A stretch of 64,000 nucleotides of DNA from the human T2T-CHM13v2.0 reference genome, Homo sapiens, in assembly GCF_009914755.1 (NCBI RefSeq), contig NC_060947.1. One strand, 5' to 3'. The position numbers were made by a program, and so were the translations under genes. How positions within the stretch are numbered: position 1 is the first letter of the stretch; every line of letters starts with the position of its first letter. Shown in pieces: positions 48,720 through 61,087 of this stretch. The notes under the pieces are model-generated. The model searched no databases, was not told the DNA's origin, and was given only the letters and a program-made list of their open reading frames with translations.

Positions 48720-50059
48720 TGCATCAGGAATTTTGTTGATTGAAGAGTACAGATGTGTGCAGCAATGTAACTATGAATCTTTTGTGTCCGACCTGGGACA
48801 GGGCACGTTCTAAGGTGGTAAGAGCAGAGGAGCCTTGCCAATCGCATGTCAAATTGACTGGCAGGAATGCCTTAGATTGTCTCCTTAATACCATGACACT
48901 TGCAATTTAAATTAGATATATTGTAATTAGTGATACAAGAGGCGAACCAAGCCTGTCCCTGCACTCAGGTCACAAACGTGGAGTTTTGGGATGTAATGGA
49001 AATATTGGTTCCCATAAGGAAAACATATGGTTGGGTAGTGCAAATCAGGCACTGATCAGTGTGATTATGAAAAAATGTCATAGTGTAATTGTGACTGGAA
49101 TTATATGTCCCATGCCAGGTGTTAAGGGAGGTGCTAAGATGTCCCAGGCACCATAAAGTGTCTTGGGGTGGCATGGACTCTACTTGGGGTCTGGGATACC
49201 CCATTACCCTATCGGCCCAAATTATAGGGGAGCAGGACGTGGCTACGAAACTGTCATTGATGCCATGATAGACGCGGACATCAGTATGATCACCCTGAAA
49301 TGGCTGTGGGAGCTCCAGTCTAAGATGTTATAATTGCCTAACTGGAGGCTACGGGCTTGTCCCCCAAGACAGACCTCCCAGCCAAAGTGGAATCCATTAC
49401 TTTCTTGGCTTTGTTCTTTAGCACAGGGAGGAATGCTGGGGAAAGTAGCATTGGTGGCATTGCCCAGTTTGAGGCTACCTGCAACTAAGACTGTTAAGGC
49501 ATTTCCTTTACCATGATGTAGCCATAATTGTGTTTGGGCAGGTACACAGTAAGGGTTAGAACTTTTATAATTTACACACAGTAGGAGGATAGTGGAGTGA
49601 TATGTAGTGTTACCTGGCACCTTAGTCCAATGTGTGCCATTAATGAGGGACCCCACTGGGGGTAAATCTATTCCTCCTAGCCAAGCAGTTACATTATTAG
49701 AGGCTGGAAAGGGGGTGTCTGCCCAGGTGACAGGGCGGAAGAAAGGCGGATGCAAGGTATGAGCCCAATAGAGTGTAGCAGGTACAGGTTGCAGACAAAG
49801 CAAGAGCATAAAAAGGATTAATACCCTACGCGAGTTGCAGTGTACAACAGAGAGCATAGCAAGGAACAGATTATCTGGAGTGAATGGTGTCTTGTGTCCA
49901 GAGCAGAATTTGCTCAGCCTCCAGAGTTGTCTTCTTCAGCATCCCCCAGATAATGTCCAGGGCTTGTGTCGTCCAAGGGAGCTGCATCGTCTGGGTCTGC
50001 AGATCCTGCAGGGTCATTTTCTTCATTTCTGGTACCGGGTTGGGTCCTAGCCACGCCAT
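48720..50059 (-). pseudogene. env: HML-5 env remnant: signal peptide and SU; TM deleted
   Basis: ATG at 50059, WGMLKKTTLEAEQIL signal-peptide segment, LYWAH...PPFFRPVTW SU start, furin-like GHKR/FIVT at ~48790-48765. Confidence 0.8.
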
Positions 50060-52740
50060 GGTATGGTTTGATGCATCGTGCTGGAATCCAAAGAGGACCT
50101 GAGGGGGTATGAACACAAGCATATCCTCTTCCCCACATTAACAAATTATTTGGACCACACCATACATTACTGTTTATGTCTTTCCATAAAACGGTGGGCT
50201 TTATGTCTTGAGAGGTTTTAGCAAAGTGCTTTTCTACAGCTGATTGAAATTTATCATTTAAATTTAAGAAATCAAGGGTAAATAAGGCTTGTGCTAGTGG
50301 TGTTGCAGGGTCCTTACTCATAGTCCTCCTTTTTTGTTTTTTGAGCATATTTTTAAGGGTGGCGTGGGTACGTTCTACTATGGCCTGTCCTTGGGGGTTA
50401 TACAGGATGCTTGTGGAATGTTGGATGTTCCATGTGTGACAAAATTGTTGAAATTGTGAGCTGGCATAAGCCATACCATTGTCAGTTTTAATTTTTGTGG
50501 GCCGCCCCATAAAGGCAAAAGTTAAAAGAAGATGTTTAATGACGTGTCAGGTGGACTCTCCAGGAAAGGCATGAGTGCTAATTAAGTGAGAATCATTATC
50601 AACAGATACATGAACATATCTTAGTTTTCAAATTCAGGGATGTGTGTAACATCTGTTTGCCATAACTAATTAGGTTCTAGTCCTCTAGGGTTAACACCTC
50701 TTGAAGGAGGGGACATGCCTGTGAGCTGGCAATCTGGGCATTGCAGGATAATTTATTTAGCTAGTCTCTGGGTAAGTTGAAATTGTTAAGTTTCTCCAAT
50801 TTTGGTGGAAAAATTGATGCAATTGGGTGGCTTGATCAAACAATGATGTCATAACTTGTAAGTCTGCTTGATCATTGCCATTAGCCAATGGGCCAGGCAG
50901 TGAGCTGTGGGCTCAAATATGTGATATTTGGATGTGTACATTGATCTAGCAGTTGCTGAAGTCGAAGAAAAAGTGCACACAGGGTGGGCTCCAGAGTGGA
51001 CTTCATGAGGGCTGTTTCAAGGTTCTGCAGTAAATAAACAGAATAAGCAGAGTCACTAACAATATTGATGGGCTGAGCAGAAAAAGTTTCCAGGGCTCCA
51101 ACTTCAGCTCTGAGTGCTAGTAAATCCAGAATGAGTGAGGGAATTATGCGGTCTCCACCAAACAGCCACTTTTCCATGTTTACCAGAGTCATTCATAAAC
51201 AGTGTTAAAGCGTTAGGTATGGGGGAGTGAAATATTTTTGTAGGCAAAACCACAGAAGTATGCTAGATGATGAGTTAGTGGGTTCAGCGCACCAGCATGG
51301 CACATGTATACATATGTAACTAACCTGCACACTGTGCACATGTACCCTAAAACTTAAAGTATAATAATAAAAAAATAAATAAAAATAAATAAATAAATAA
51401 AAATAAATAATAAAAAAAAAGAAGTATGAGATAAGAACTGAAGTAGTTTATCAGCAGGAAGGGCATGCTCTATATGGCCTGGTAATCAGAAAGTGCTATT
51501 TGCAGGTCTGAAGATAATGGCAATACTGCTTCGAATTGCTTTTTACTTAAAGGAATTCTGATGACATCAGGGTCATAACCTAGCAACTGATTGCATTGTC
51601 TGCCACCTGAATGGATGACTTTACTAACTAGTTGGATATAGGGAGAGAGTGTTTTAGTCCCAGTAGTGAGCAAAAAAACCTGTTCTAGAAAGCTCAGCCC
51701 TGGGGGCATCTGTCCTGTTAACCCTATTGGGGAATGTTTAGTGGGAAAAACAAACAACTGAACTGAATATTGTGGATCTTATGCGATCTAGTTGCCTCTG
51801 AGAAATAGCTTGCTCTATTTCTTCTATTTCCCTTTTTGCTGCAGGAGTTAAATACCTTGGAGAGTCTAGGGCAGCATCACCCTTTAAGATAGAAAACAGA
51901 TTTTGTAACTTATCAGTAGTTTTGCCCAAGATGAGGTGAAGTCAGTTAATATCGCCTAGTAATTTCTGATAATCATTTAAGATGTGCAAGTTGCTAGTAT
52001 TTAATTTAACCCTTCTGAGGTCTTACTGACCAGGAAGTTAGTATGTACCTGAGATATTTCCAAGGAGAGAACATTTGTAGTTTTTCAGGTGCTATGATTA
52101 AACCTCTTAACTGTATTCTTTACAACAGGGGCGTATAAACTTAAAAATACTGGCTTATTGGGGCTGCTAGTAGAATATCATCCATAAAATGAATAATTGT
52201 GCAATTAGGAAATTATTTTCCATTGGGGATCAAAGCTTGATTTACATGATACTGACACGTGGTAGGACTGTTCAGCATTCCTTGAAGAAGCACTTTCCAG
52301 TGAAATTGGCGAGCTGGCCTTTCATTATTGATAGCTGGTATTGTAAACAGAAATTTTTCTCTGTCCTGTTCTGCAACGGGAATAGTATAAAAACAGTCTT
52401 TTAAGTCAATAACAACTAAGGCCAATCTTGAGGAATCACCATGGGGGAAGGGAGGCCCTGTTGAAGGGGTCCCATAGGTTGCAAATTAGCATTGATAGCC
52501 CATAGATCATGCAAAAGTCTCCATTTACCGGACTTTTGGGGAATGACGAAAATGGGCGAATTCCAAGGGCTTTTTGATTGTTCTATGTGGCCGGCTTTTA
52601 ATTGCTCAACTAATTCATGGGCTCTTTGTAATTTTTCTCCCTTTAAAAGCCACTGTGCTACCCAAATTGGATCTTGAGAGAGCCATGTCAGGGGTAGGGG
52701 AAGGATAATAACAGTGCCCTTTATTAGAAAGGGGTCTGCA
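49914..52740 (-). pseudogene. pol: HML-5 pol remnant (RT, RNase H, integrase), frameshifted and interrupted by an L1 tail
   Basis: [28 protein letters not shown] (~52171-52197), NIVSDSAY, IKTDNG...YNPQGQAIVER, WGRGYAC. Confidence 0.92.
51263..51419 (+). mobile_element. Extremely 5'-truncated L1PA2-type 3' end (~100 bp plus A-rich tail) inside HML-5 pol
   Basis: ctagatgatgagttagtggg...cagcgcaccagcatggcac...aaaacttaaagtataat; TSD agaagtatg at 51254-51262 and 51420-51428. Confidence 0.92.
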
Positions 52741-53480
52741 GAGTGACTCCCCCATTGGGCTAATAGGTCTCGTTCCCCAAAGATTAACAGGGATGAGCAT
52801 GATTAGAGGTTGTATAAGTGCCTTTCTTCCCTCTGAATTGCAACATGTTAGGGGGCATGTGCTCTGCTTGGCTGTGTGTGCTTCCCTGACGCTGACAATT
52901 TTTTGTTTCTGAGTGACCCAAGGCCAAGTTTCTGTCCAGTTTTGATGACTAATTATCGAAATGTCCGCCCCTGTGTCCAATAAGCCAGAAAAATTTTTAT
53001 TTCCAAGTTTTAAGGTAATCATGTGTCTCTGATCAGTGATTAATTGGTTCAGATATACTCCTGTGGCTCCCGTGCTTCCAAAACTTCCCTTTCCCCTTTC
53101 TTTTCCCTGGGCATTGGGGACCCAGTACAGTAAAGTATTAACTGAGCTATCTTTGATCCAGGGGAAAGGATATGCAGACCTTTACATTCCATCATAACTA
53201 GTATCTCACCTTGATAATCACTACCCCGGTAAGCACATTAATTCCTTTACTGGATAGACTTAATCGCCCTAGGACTAATCCCACTGTTCCTGGAGGCAGG
53301 GGCCCCAGATCCCAGTTGCAACCCTTTTAGGGTCTTCTCCTTCTTTTAGCCCTGATTCTTTGGGGCAGAGTAAGTCCAGTCCTGTGCTCCCAGTGGTGGC
53401 AGCTCTGAGAGAGAGGACTGTGGGCTTTTCATCTGACCGAGGAAAGCCACTGGCATTGCTCCAATTTAGAACAGGGCCTG
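52700..53480 (-). pseudogene. pro: HML-5 pro remnant (dUTPase plus aspartic protease)
   Basis: GLLDTGADISII protease active site; upstream dUTPase-like GSTGLDL and GSFGSTG segments. Boundaries approximate. Confidence 0.85.
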
Positions 53481-54895
53481 GGACCAGTCCCTCATGAAGT
53501 TTCCCACCTGATTACTTATGGGGTTGCTGTTTTTATCAATTTGGACCTGCATTGATTTGCCCAATGTTTCCCTTTTTACATCGGGGCATATAGAAAGGGG
53601 TTGTTTTCCTGAGTTACCTTAGTCTCTATTATTGGGGGGCATTCCCACTTCATATGACCTGGCTCTCCACGTAGAAAACAATTTGGGTTCCTCTCACTTT
53701 TCACTTCAGGAGGCCTTAATGCCATAGCCAATATTTTGGCTTTGTGTGTTTTAGTCCCCACCAGTTGACATGCTCGTATAAGTTCCCCAACTGTGGCTGC
53801 CTTTCCTCTGATTGCCTGCCTTGCTTGCTGGCAGTTGATGTTAGCATTTTCATAAGCCAGTTGCAACAATAAGATACCAGTGGCCTGGGTGTGACTAATT
53901 TGTCTCTTAATTGCCTGGGTTAACCAATTGATAAATTCAACAAATGGCTCCTGAGGCCCTTGTCGAACATTTACAAAAGATCCCTGTTGAACTCCACTTT
54001 GGGGAATTCAGTCCCAAGCCCTGAGATCACACAAAGACACTTGTGTATAGACCTGGGGATCAAAATTTAGTTGTTGTTGTTCATCGAATGGGGACCCCCT
54101 CCCCTAGAGCATAGCAGTGGTTGTGTCTCGCCTGGCCACTTGATTCTGGTTGGCTTGTTGTTCGCACAACTCATCATATTCTGCCCTCCAGAGGAGGTAT
54201 TGGCTGGGCTCCAAAGTTGTTTTAGTTAGCACTGACTAGTCCCATGGGGTCATACAGAAGTTGTCTGCCATGGCTTCAATTATTCCTTTCGTAAATGGGC
54301 TAGCAACTCCATTTGCTTTAATGCTTTTTATCTTTTTATAAACGTTAAAAGAAATGGGTTCATATACCTGATTGCCTTGTCAATTTTGCATTAACAGGCA
54401 GGCCAAGAGCTCCCCTTCTAATGCCACTTGCCTAAGACAGGGTCCCATAGCTGCAGTGTATCCCTTGTCTTTTTTCCAATTTATTGGAGGACGGGGCTCA
54501 GGCAAAACCTCCGTTTCCTCTTTGTTATTTTTGCCCAGAAACGGCAAGGCTGAGGGAGGTGGAGGTGGAAAGGTAGGTGATGGTTCCTCTTCCCTCCCCC
54601 TTTTAGGCTCTTCTGTGTATAGTGGGACCAAAGCAGCCCTTACTAAAGCCCATACTGTTAGAGATGTTACTGGGACCCATTGCCCTTGTACATGATGTTC
54701 TTGAAGATTTCTCTTCACTTGTTCCCAGAGCTCTACATCTACCATACCTTCTTCCAGGAATCATGGGTTATGGGAAACAAAAGTTTGCATTAGGTTCCTT
54801 AATTGAGCCTGCAAAACCGAGGCTCCACTAGCTTTAAGCAGCTGTTTCAATACTTTTATATACTGTTGCTGTTGAGCTGATAACTGTTGTCCCAT
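53400..54895 (-). pseudogene. gag: HML-5 gag remnant
   Basis: MGQQLSAQQQQYIKVLKQLL start at 54895; MHR-like VRQGPQEPFVEFI; QLAYENAN; degenerate zinc knuckle CFLRGEPGHMKWEC. Confidence 0.88.
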
Positions 54896-55020
54896 GATGA
54901 AACCCTAGCCTGAACAACGTCCTCAAACTTGCAAACCCCAAGCAGGCACCAGTGACTTACTGACTGTGCAGTCTCTTCATCTTCGTTTTCAAGGGTTCCA
55001 TTGCGACCCATTGCAGCTAT

Positions 55021-55038
55021 TTCTCACACAGGGCACCA
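55021..55038 (-). promoter_or_regulatory. Primer binding site complementary to elongator tRNA-Met
   Basis: TGGTGCCCTGTGTGAGAA matches TGGTGCCCCGTGTGAGGA at 16/18 positions, 2 nt after the 5' LTR. Confidence 0.85.
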
Positions 55039-55040
55039 GC

Positions 55041-55528
55041 TGCCGGGTCTGACCAGCAGACCCTGGCAGAGTGACAGATGAAAAAATGTACGCAGACACA
55101 GGTTTTTTGCCTGGTCGCATGGCTAGGGGACTGGGGCACCCACAGACACCAAGGAGGGCATCATAAAGAGTCCCAACAGCCACGGCCCTGACAAGCCAGT
55201 GCTGCAGGGATTTATTTAGTACAGATTTAATGACAAAGGCTTTGAGTCAACACACTTGTGGGTAATTAACATGGTCGCCCCCTTGGAGAGAGCAGTCCTG
55301 CAAACAAATGATTAAAGGCCAGGTTCTGAGGCCTAAGTAAACTAACCTATCTAGATCAATTCCTTTACACTTCCTTGTTATATACTATTTGCTCTCAGGC
55401 TCTGGATAAGAGAATTTGGCTGCCTTCAACCAAATTATCTTTCGAAGCTTTTGCAAAACCTCCTGGCCTTCCAAGAAGGTTTGCATTTTTCCTATAATTT
55501 CTCCCACCACCATAACCAATCTCCTACA
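55041..55528 (-). repeat. 5' LTR (LTR22-like)
   Basis: TG...CA termini, followed by the PBS; direct repeat of 48201-48685. Confidence 0.92.
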
Positions 55529-55601
55529 TCTGCCTTAATTTCTTTATGTACCCAAGAGTCATTTAGGAGTACATTGTTCAGTTTCAATGCAGTTGTGTGA
55601 T

Positions 55602-55988
55602 TGTATTGGGGAGTTTATTATGTATTAACTTACACAATCACAAGGTCCCACAATAGGCTGTCTGCAAGCTGAGGAGGAAGGAAAGACCGTCCAAGTCCCA
55701 AAACAGAAGAACTTGGAGTCCAATGTTCAAGGGTAGGAAGCATCCAGCATGGGAGAAAGATGTAGGCTGGGAGGCTAGGCCAGTCTCTCCTTTTCACATT
55801 TTTCTGCCTGCTTTATATTTATTGGCAGCTGATTAGATTGTGCCCACCAGATTAAGGGTGGATCTGCCTTCCCCAGCCCACTGACTCAAATGTTAACCTC
55901 TTTTGGCAACACCATCACAGTCACACCCAGGATCAATACTTTGTATCCTTCAGTCCAACGAAGTTGACACTCAGTAATAACCCTCACA
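55602..55988 (-). mobile_element. MLT2A1-like (HERV-L) solo LTR with a subterminal deletion
   Basis: Reverse complement of TGTGA.GGTTA.TACTGAGTGTCAACTT; gattagattgtgcccaccagattaaggg; TSD gtgat/gtggt. Confidence 0.88.
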
Positions 55989-58059
55989 GTGGTTTTGAGT
56001 GAATTTCTTAATCTTGTGTTCTAATTTGATTGTTCTGTGCTCTGAGAGACTATTATGATTTCTGTTCTTTGCATTTGCTGAGGAGTGTTTTACTTCCAAT
56101 TATGTGATCAATTTTAGAGTAAATACCATGTGGCGATGAGAAAAATGTATATTCTGTTGTTTTGGGGGTGGAAAGTTCTTAGATATCTATCAGGTACACT
56201 TGATCCAGAGGTGAGTTTAAGTCCTGAATATCTGTTAATCTTCTATCTCAATGATCTGTCTAATAGTGCCAGTGGGGTGTTAAAGTCTTTCACTATTATT
56301 GTGTGGGAGTCTAAGCATTTTGAAAGTCTCTAAAAACTTGCTTTATGAATATGGGTGCTAGTGTATTGGTTGCATATATATTTAGGTAGTTAGCTCTTCT
56401 TGTTGAATTGAACCCTTTACCATTATGTAATGCCCTCCTTTGTCTTTTTTGATCTTTGTTGGTTTAAAATCTGTTTTTTCAGAAACTAGGATAGCAACCC
56501 CTGCTTTTTTCTGCTTTTCATTTGCTTGGTAAATTTTCTTCCATCCCTTTATTTTTAGCATATTTTTGTCTTTGCATGTAGGATGGGTCTTTTGAAGACA
56601 CCATACCAATATGTCTTTGTTCTTTATCCAGCTTGTCATTCTGTGTCCTTTAATTGGGGCATTTAGCCATTTACATTTAAGGTTAGTGTTATTATGTATG
56701 GATTTGATTTTTTTCATCATGATGTTAGCTGATTATTTTGCAAACTTGTTTATGTGATTGCTTCATTGTGTCACTGGTCTATGTACTTAAGTATGTTTTT
56801 GTAGTGGCTGATGACAGTTTTTCCTTTCCATATTTAGTGCTTTCTTCAGGAGCTCTTGCAGGGGAAGTCTGGAGGTAACAAATTCCCTCAGCATCTGCTT
56901 GTCTGAAAAGGATTTTATTTCTCTTTTGCTTATGAAGCTTAGTTTGGCCGGACATGAATTTGGGGGTTGGAAATTCTTTTCTTTAAGAATGTTGAATATT
57001 GGCCCCTGATTTCTTCTGGCTTGTAAGGTTTTTCACTGAGAGGTCTGCTCTTAGTCTCATGGAAGACTGCTCTTAGTCTTCCCCTTGTATGTGACTTGGC
57101 CTTTCTCTCTGGCTACCCTTAACATTTTTTCTCTCATTTCAACCTTGGAGAATCTGATGATCATGCATTGGGGATGATCTCGTGGAGTGTCTTACTGGGT
57201 TTCTCTGCATTTCTTGAATTTGAATGTTAGCCTGTCTAGCTAGTTTGGGGAAGTGCTCTTGGATGATATCCTCAAGTATGTTTTCCAACTTGGTTCCATT
57301 CTCCCAGTTTCTTTCAGGTACCCCAATCAGTCATAGATTTGGTCGCTTTACATAATTCCATATTTCTCAGAGGTTTTGTTCATTCCTTTTCATTCTTTTA
57401 TCTGTATTGTTGTCTGCCTGGCTTATTTCAGAAAGATAGTCTTCCAGCTGTGACATTCTTTCCTTTGTTTGGTCTACTTTGCCATTAATACTTGTGATTC
57501 TGTTGTGAAGTTCTTGTATATTTTTCAGGTCTAACATGTCAGTTATTTTCCTCTCTAAACTGGCTATTTTGGCTGTCAGCTCCTGTATTGTTTTATCATG
57601 ATTCTTAGCTTCTTGGCATTGGGTTACAACATGCTCCTTTAGCTCAGCAAATTTCATTATTACCCACCTTCTGAAGCCTACTTCTGTCATTTCAGCTATG
57701 TCAGCCTCAGCCCAGTTCTGAGCCCTTGCTGGAGAAGTGTTGTGGTCATTTGGAGGAACAGGGGCACTCTGGATTTTTTAGTTTTTAGCATTTTTTTGTT
57801 CTTTCTCATCCTTGTGGGATTATCTACCTTTGATTTTTGAGGTTGCTGACATTTGGATGGGGTTTTTGTGTTTTTTTATTGTTGTTTTCTCTCTGTTTTT
57901 CTTCTGACAGTCTGGCCTCTGTTCCATAGGGCTGCTGCAGTTTGCTGGGGGTCCGCTCTAGACCCTAGTTGCCTCAGTTTTCTCATACCTGGAGGTATCA
58001 CTAGTGAATACTGCAAAACAGAAAAGATGGCAGTCAGCCTATTCCTCTGGAAGCTCCAT

Positions 58060-59105
58060 TCCAGGGCAGTACTGACCTTTTGCCAGCCTGAACATGTCTG
58101 TAGGAGGTGACTGGAGACCCGTTTGGTGGTCTCTCCCAGTCAGGAGGAACAAGATCAGGCACCAACTTAAGCATTCTGGCTGCATTTTGGCAGAGCAGCT
58201 GTGCTGTGTTGGTGATCCCTTCAGCCCCCGATCAGTTTGGGCTTTTCAAGGCCCACAGGCTAGACCAGCTGATAAGCCCAAACAGCCAAGTTGGCAGCCT
58301 GCCTCGCCCCTCAGGCATTCCATCCCAGGGAGAGGTGGGGAGGGGTGGCCAGAAGTTCCAGCTGGGAGGACGCACCTCAGGAGGAGGAGTGGATCAGGGT
58401 CCCACTTAAAGAAGCAGTCTGGTCATGCCTTAACAGAACAGCTGTGTCATAGTGGGGAATCACGTCTGCCCCTGTGTGCTTGGACTGTCCAAAGCTAGCA
58501 GGCTGGAACAGCTGAGTGACCAACCAACCCAAGTGGTGGCTTTCCTCTCTCCCAGGCACTCCATCCCAGGGAGAGATCAGAGCTCTGTCCCTAATAGGTT
58601 CCAGCAGGCATGGCTGAAAGGTCCTGCTGGGAGGTTCTGCCCAGTGAGGAGGAATGGATCAGTGCCCTGCTTAAAGAAGCAGTCTGGCTACAATCTGGCA
58701 AAGCCACTATGTTGCATTACTCAGGGGGACCCTTCCTCATCTGAATTGTTTGGACTCTCTAAGCCCACATGGTGGAACTGCTGAGCTGTCCAATCAACCC
58801 AGGTGGTGACCCTCCTCCTCCACCCCCTGCCCACCCCCCACCACACTATGTCTCAGGGAGAGATCAGAGCTCTATCCCTAATAGTTGCCTGCAGGCGTGG
58901 CTGGAGGATCCGCCTGGGAGGTCCTGCCCAGTGTGGAAGAATGGATTTGGTCCCACTTAAAGAAGCAGTCTGGTGACAATCTGGCCAAGCCACTGTGCTG
59001 CGTTGCTGGGGAGCCCCTTTCTCCTCCAGACCATTTGGACTCTACAAAGCCCACAGGCTAGAACAGCTGAGTCGACCAAATGGCAGAGATGGCACCTATC
59101 CCTCT
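58060..59105 (-). repeat. Four degenerate ~240-290 bp tandem monomers in an L1 5'UTR
   Basis: Anchor ttaaagaagcagtctgg at 58406, 58671 and 58957, degenerate at 58167. Confidence 0.85.
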
Positions 59106-61087
59106 CCCTGTTGCCTGAGGCTGACTAGGATTCCAAGCCAGTGGTTATTATCTTGTGAAGTGAGGTGGAAATGGGGCCTGCAGAACATGCTGCTCAGCTC
59201 CCTGGACTCTACCCCCTTCCTAGGCATATATGCAGACCTCCTGTCTTGCCTGAGTTGCAGACACATTCATTGGGGATCTCCGGGTCAGAGTATGCAAAGC
59301 TCTTGGGTCTTTGTGCATGCCAGAGCAGCCACTCTGCAAGACTCCATACAGCTCTGTGTCGGACCCAAGACTCTGGTGGCATGGGCTCACAAGGAGATCT
59401 CCTGACCTGTGGGTTGCAAAGAGCCGTGAGAGAAGCATGGTTTCCCAGGGTCACACAGTCACTCACTGTTTCCTTTGGCTGGGGGTGGGGTTTCTCTTGG
59501 CTCCATGTCACTCCCAGGTGGGCCATTGCCCCACCCTGCTTTTGTTCTCTGTGTGTCGAGTTATTTCTCTAATCAGTCCCAACGTGAGAACCTAGATATT
59601 TCGGTTGAAGGTGCTATATTCACTCACCCCTTTCATTCCTCTCCTTGAGAGTGGTGGACCACAGCTGCTTCTAATCGGCCATCTTGGCCCTCCCCTTTAT
59701 TTGGCTTTTCTCTTTTTCTCTTAGTCTAGCTGATGGTTTGTCTACTTTATCTTTTTAAGAACCAACTTTTTCTTTCATTTATCTTTCATATTTTTTAGTC
59801 TCTATTTTTTTCTGCTTTGATCTATATTATTTTTTCTACTAAAATTAGTAGACTAATTTTAGGTTTGGTTGGTTCTTGCTTTTCTAGTTCCTTGAGGTGC
59901 ATCATTATATTCTTTCTTCTATTCTTATATTTCTTTCTATCTTATATTCTTTCTTTCAAATCTACTGTTTTGATGTAGGCATTTATTGCTATAAACTTCT
60001 TAGTATTGCTTTTGCTGTATCTTACAGGTTTTGGTATGTTTTTCCTTTTTATTTGTTTTTGGAAACTTTATTTTCTCCTTAATTTCTTTATTGACCTAGT
60101 GGTCTTTCAGGAGCACATTATTTAATTTCCATGTATTGGTACAGTTTCCAAATTTCCTCCTGTTATTGATTTCTGGTTTTATTCTGTGGTGGTCTGAGAA
60201 GATACTTGATATGATTTTGATTTTCTTACATTTGAGACAGTTTTTTACTTAACATGTTTTTTGTCATGGAAAATGTTCCATGTGCTGATGAGAAGAATGT
60301 GTATCCTGCAATTGTTGGATGAAATGTTTTGTAAATGTCTATTAGGTCTATTTGGTCTATAGTGCAGTTTAAGTCTGATGTTTGTTTTTTAAGTGCAGTT
60401 TTATAGTGCAGTTTAAGTCTCATGATGTTTCTCTGTTCAGATGATCTGCCTAGTCTCTCCTGGCCTGCAAGGTTTCTGCTGAGAAATCTCCTGTTAGTTG
60501 ATGTGAATTCCCTTATATGTGACTTGCTGCATTTCTCTTGCTGTTTTTAGAATTCTGATTCTGACTTTGACAGTTTGACTATGATGTGCCTTGAAGACGA
60601 CCTTTTCAGTTGAATCTCTTTTGGAGTCTTTGAGCTTTCTGTATTTGGATGTCTATATCTCTCCCAAGACTTGGGAAGTTTTCAGTTATTATTTCATTGA
60701 ATACGATTTTTATCCATCTCTTCTCTTCTAGAACTCCCACACGTCAAAAATTTGTTTGCTTGATGGTGTCACAAAGGCTTTCTTTATTCTTTTTCCTTTT
60801 ATCTTGTTTTTCCTGCCTAGGTTATTTCAAAAGATTTGTCTTCAAGTTCAGAAATTGTATTTTGCTTATCTAGTCTATTGTTGAAGCTCTCTATTGTATC
60901 TTTAACGTCATTCATTGAATTCTTCAGTTCTAGAATTTCTGTTTTGTTCTTTTTAATGATATCTTTGTTGGATTTCTCATCTAGATTTTTAATTGCTTTC
61001 CTGAGTTTTAAATCTTGTTTGTTATCTTATATCTCAGTTTCCTTTTTCTATTAGTATTTATTTATTTTTATTTTTTTGTGCTTGTTC

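Larger units (their letters stand above)
48201..55528 (-). mobile_element. HERV-K(HML-5)/HERVK22 betaretroviral provirus with two LTR22-type LTRs, defective
   Basis: Paired ~485-bp LTRs starting TGTAGGAGAT, tRNA-Met PBS, gag-pro(dUTPase)-pol-env order, PPT, degenerate 6-bp TSD tctttc/tctgcc. Confidence 0.9.

Noticed and set aside
49243-49857. Domesticated env (syncytin/suppressyn-like) from the 204-aa frame
   Set aside because: It is frameshifted from its signal-peptide start and from downstream SU, and TM is deleted; nothing in the sequence indicates preservation.
48201-55528. Assignment of the provirus to HML-6/LTR3 or HML-2
   Set aside because: The PBS is Met-type, not Lys, and the LTR start TGTAGGAGAT with ~485-bp length fits LTR22/HML-5.
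57853-59595. Cluster of 85-136 aa ORFs
   Set aside because: Frames in a GC-rich repetitive L1 5'UTR; no recognisable domain or exon structure.
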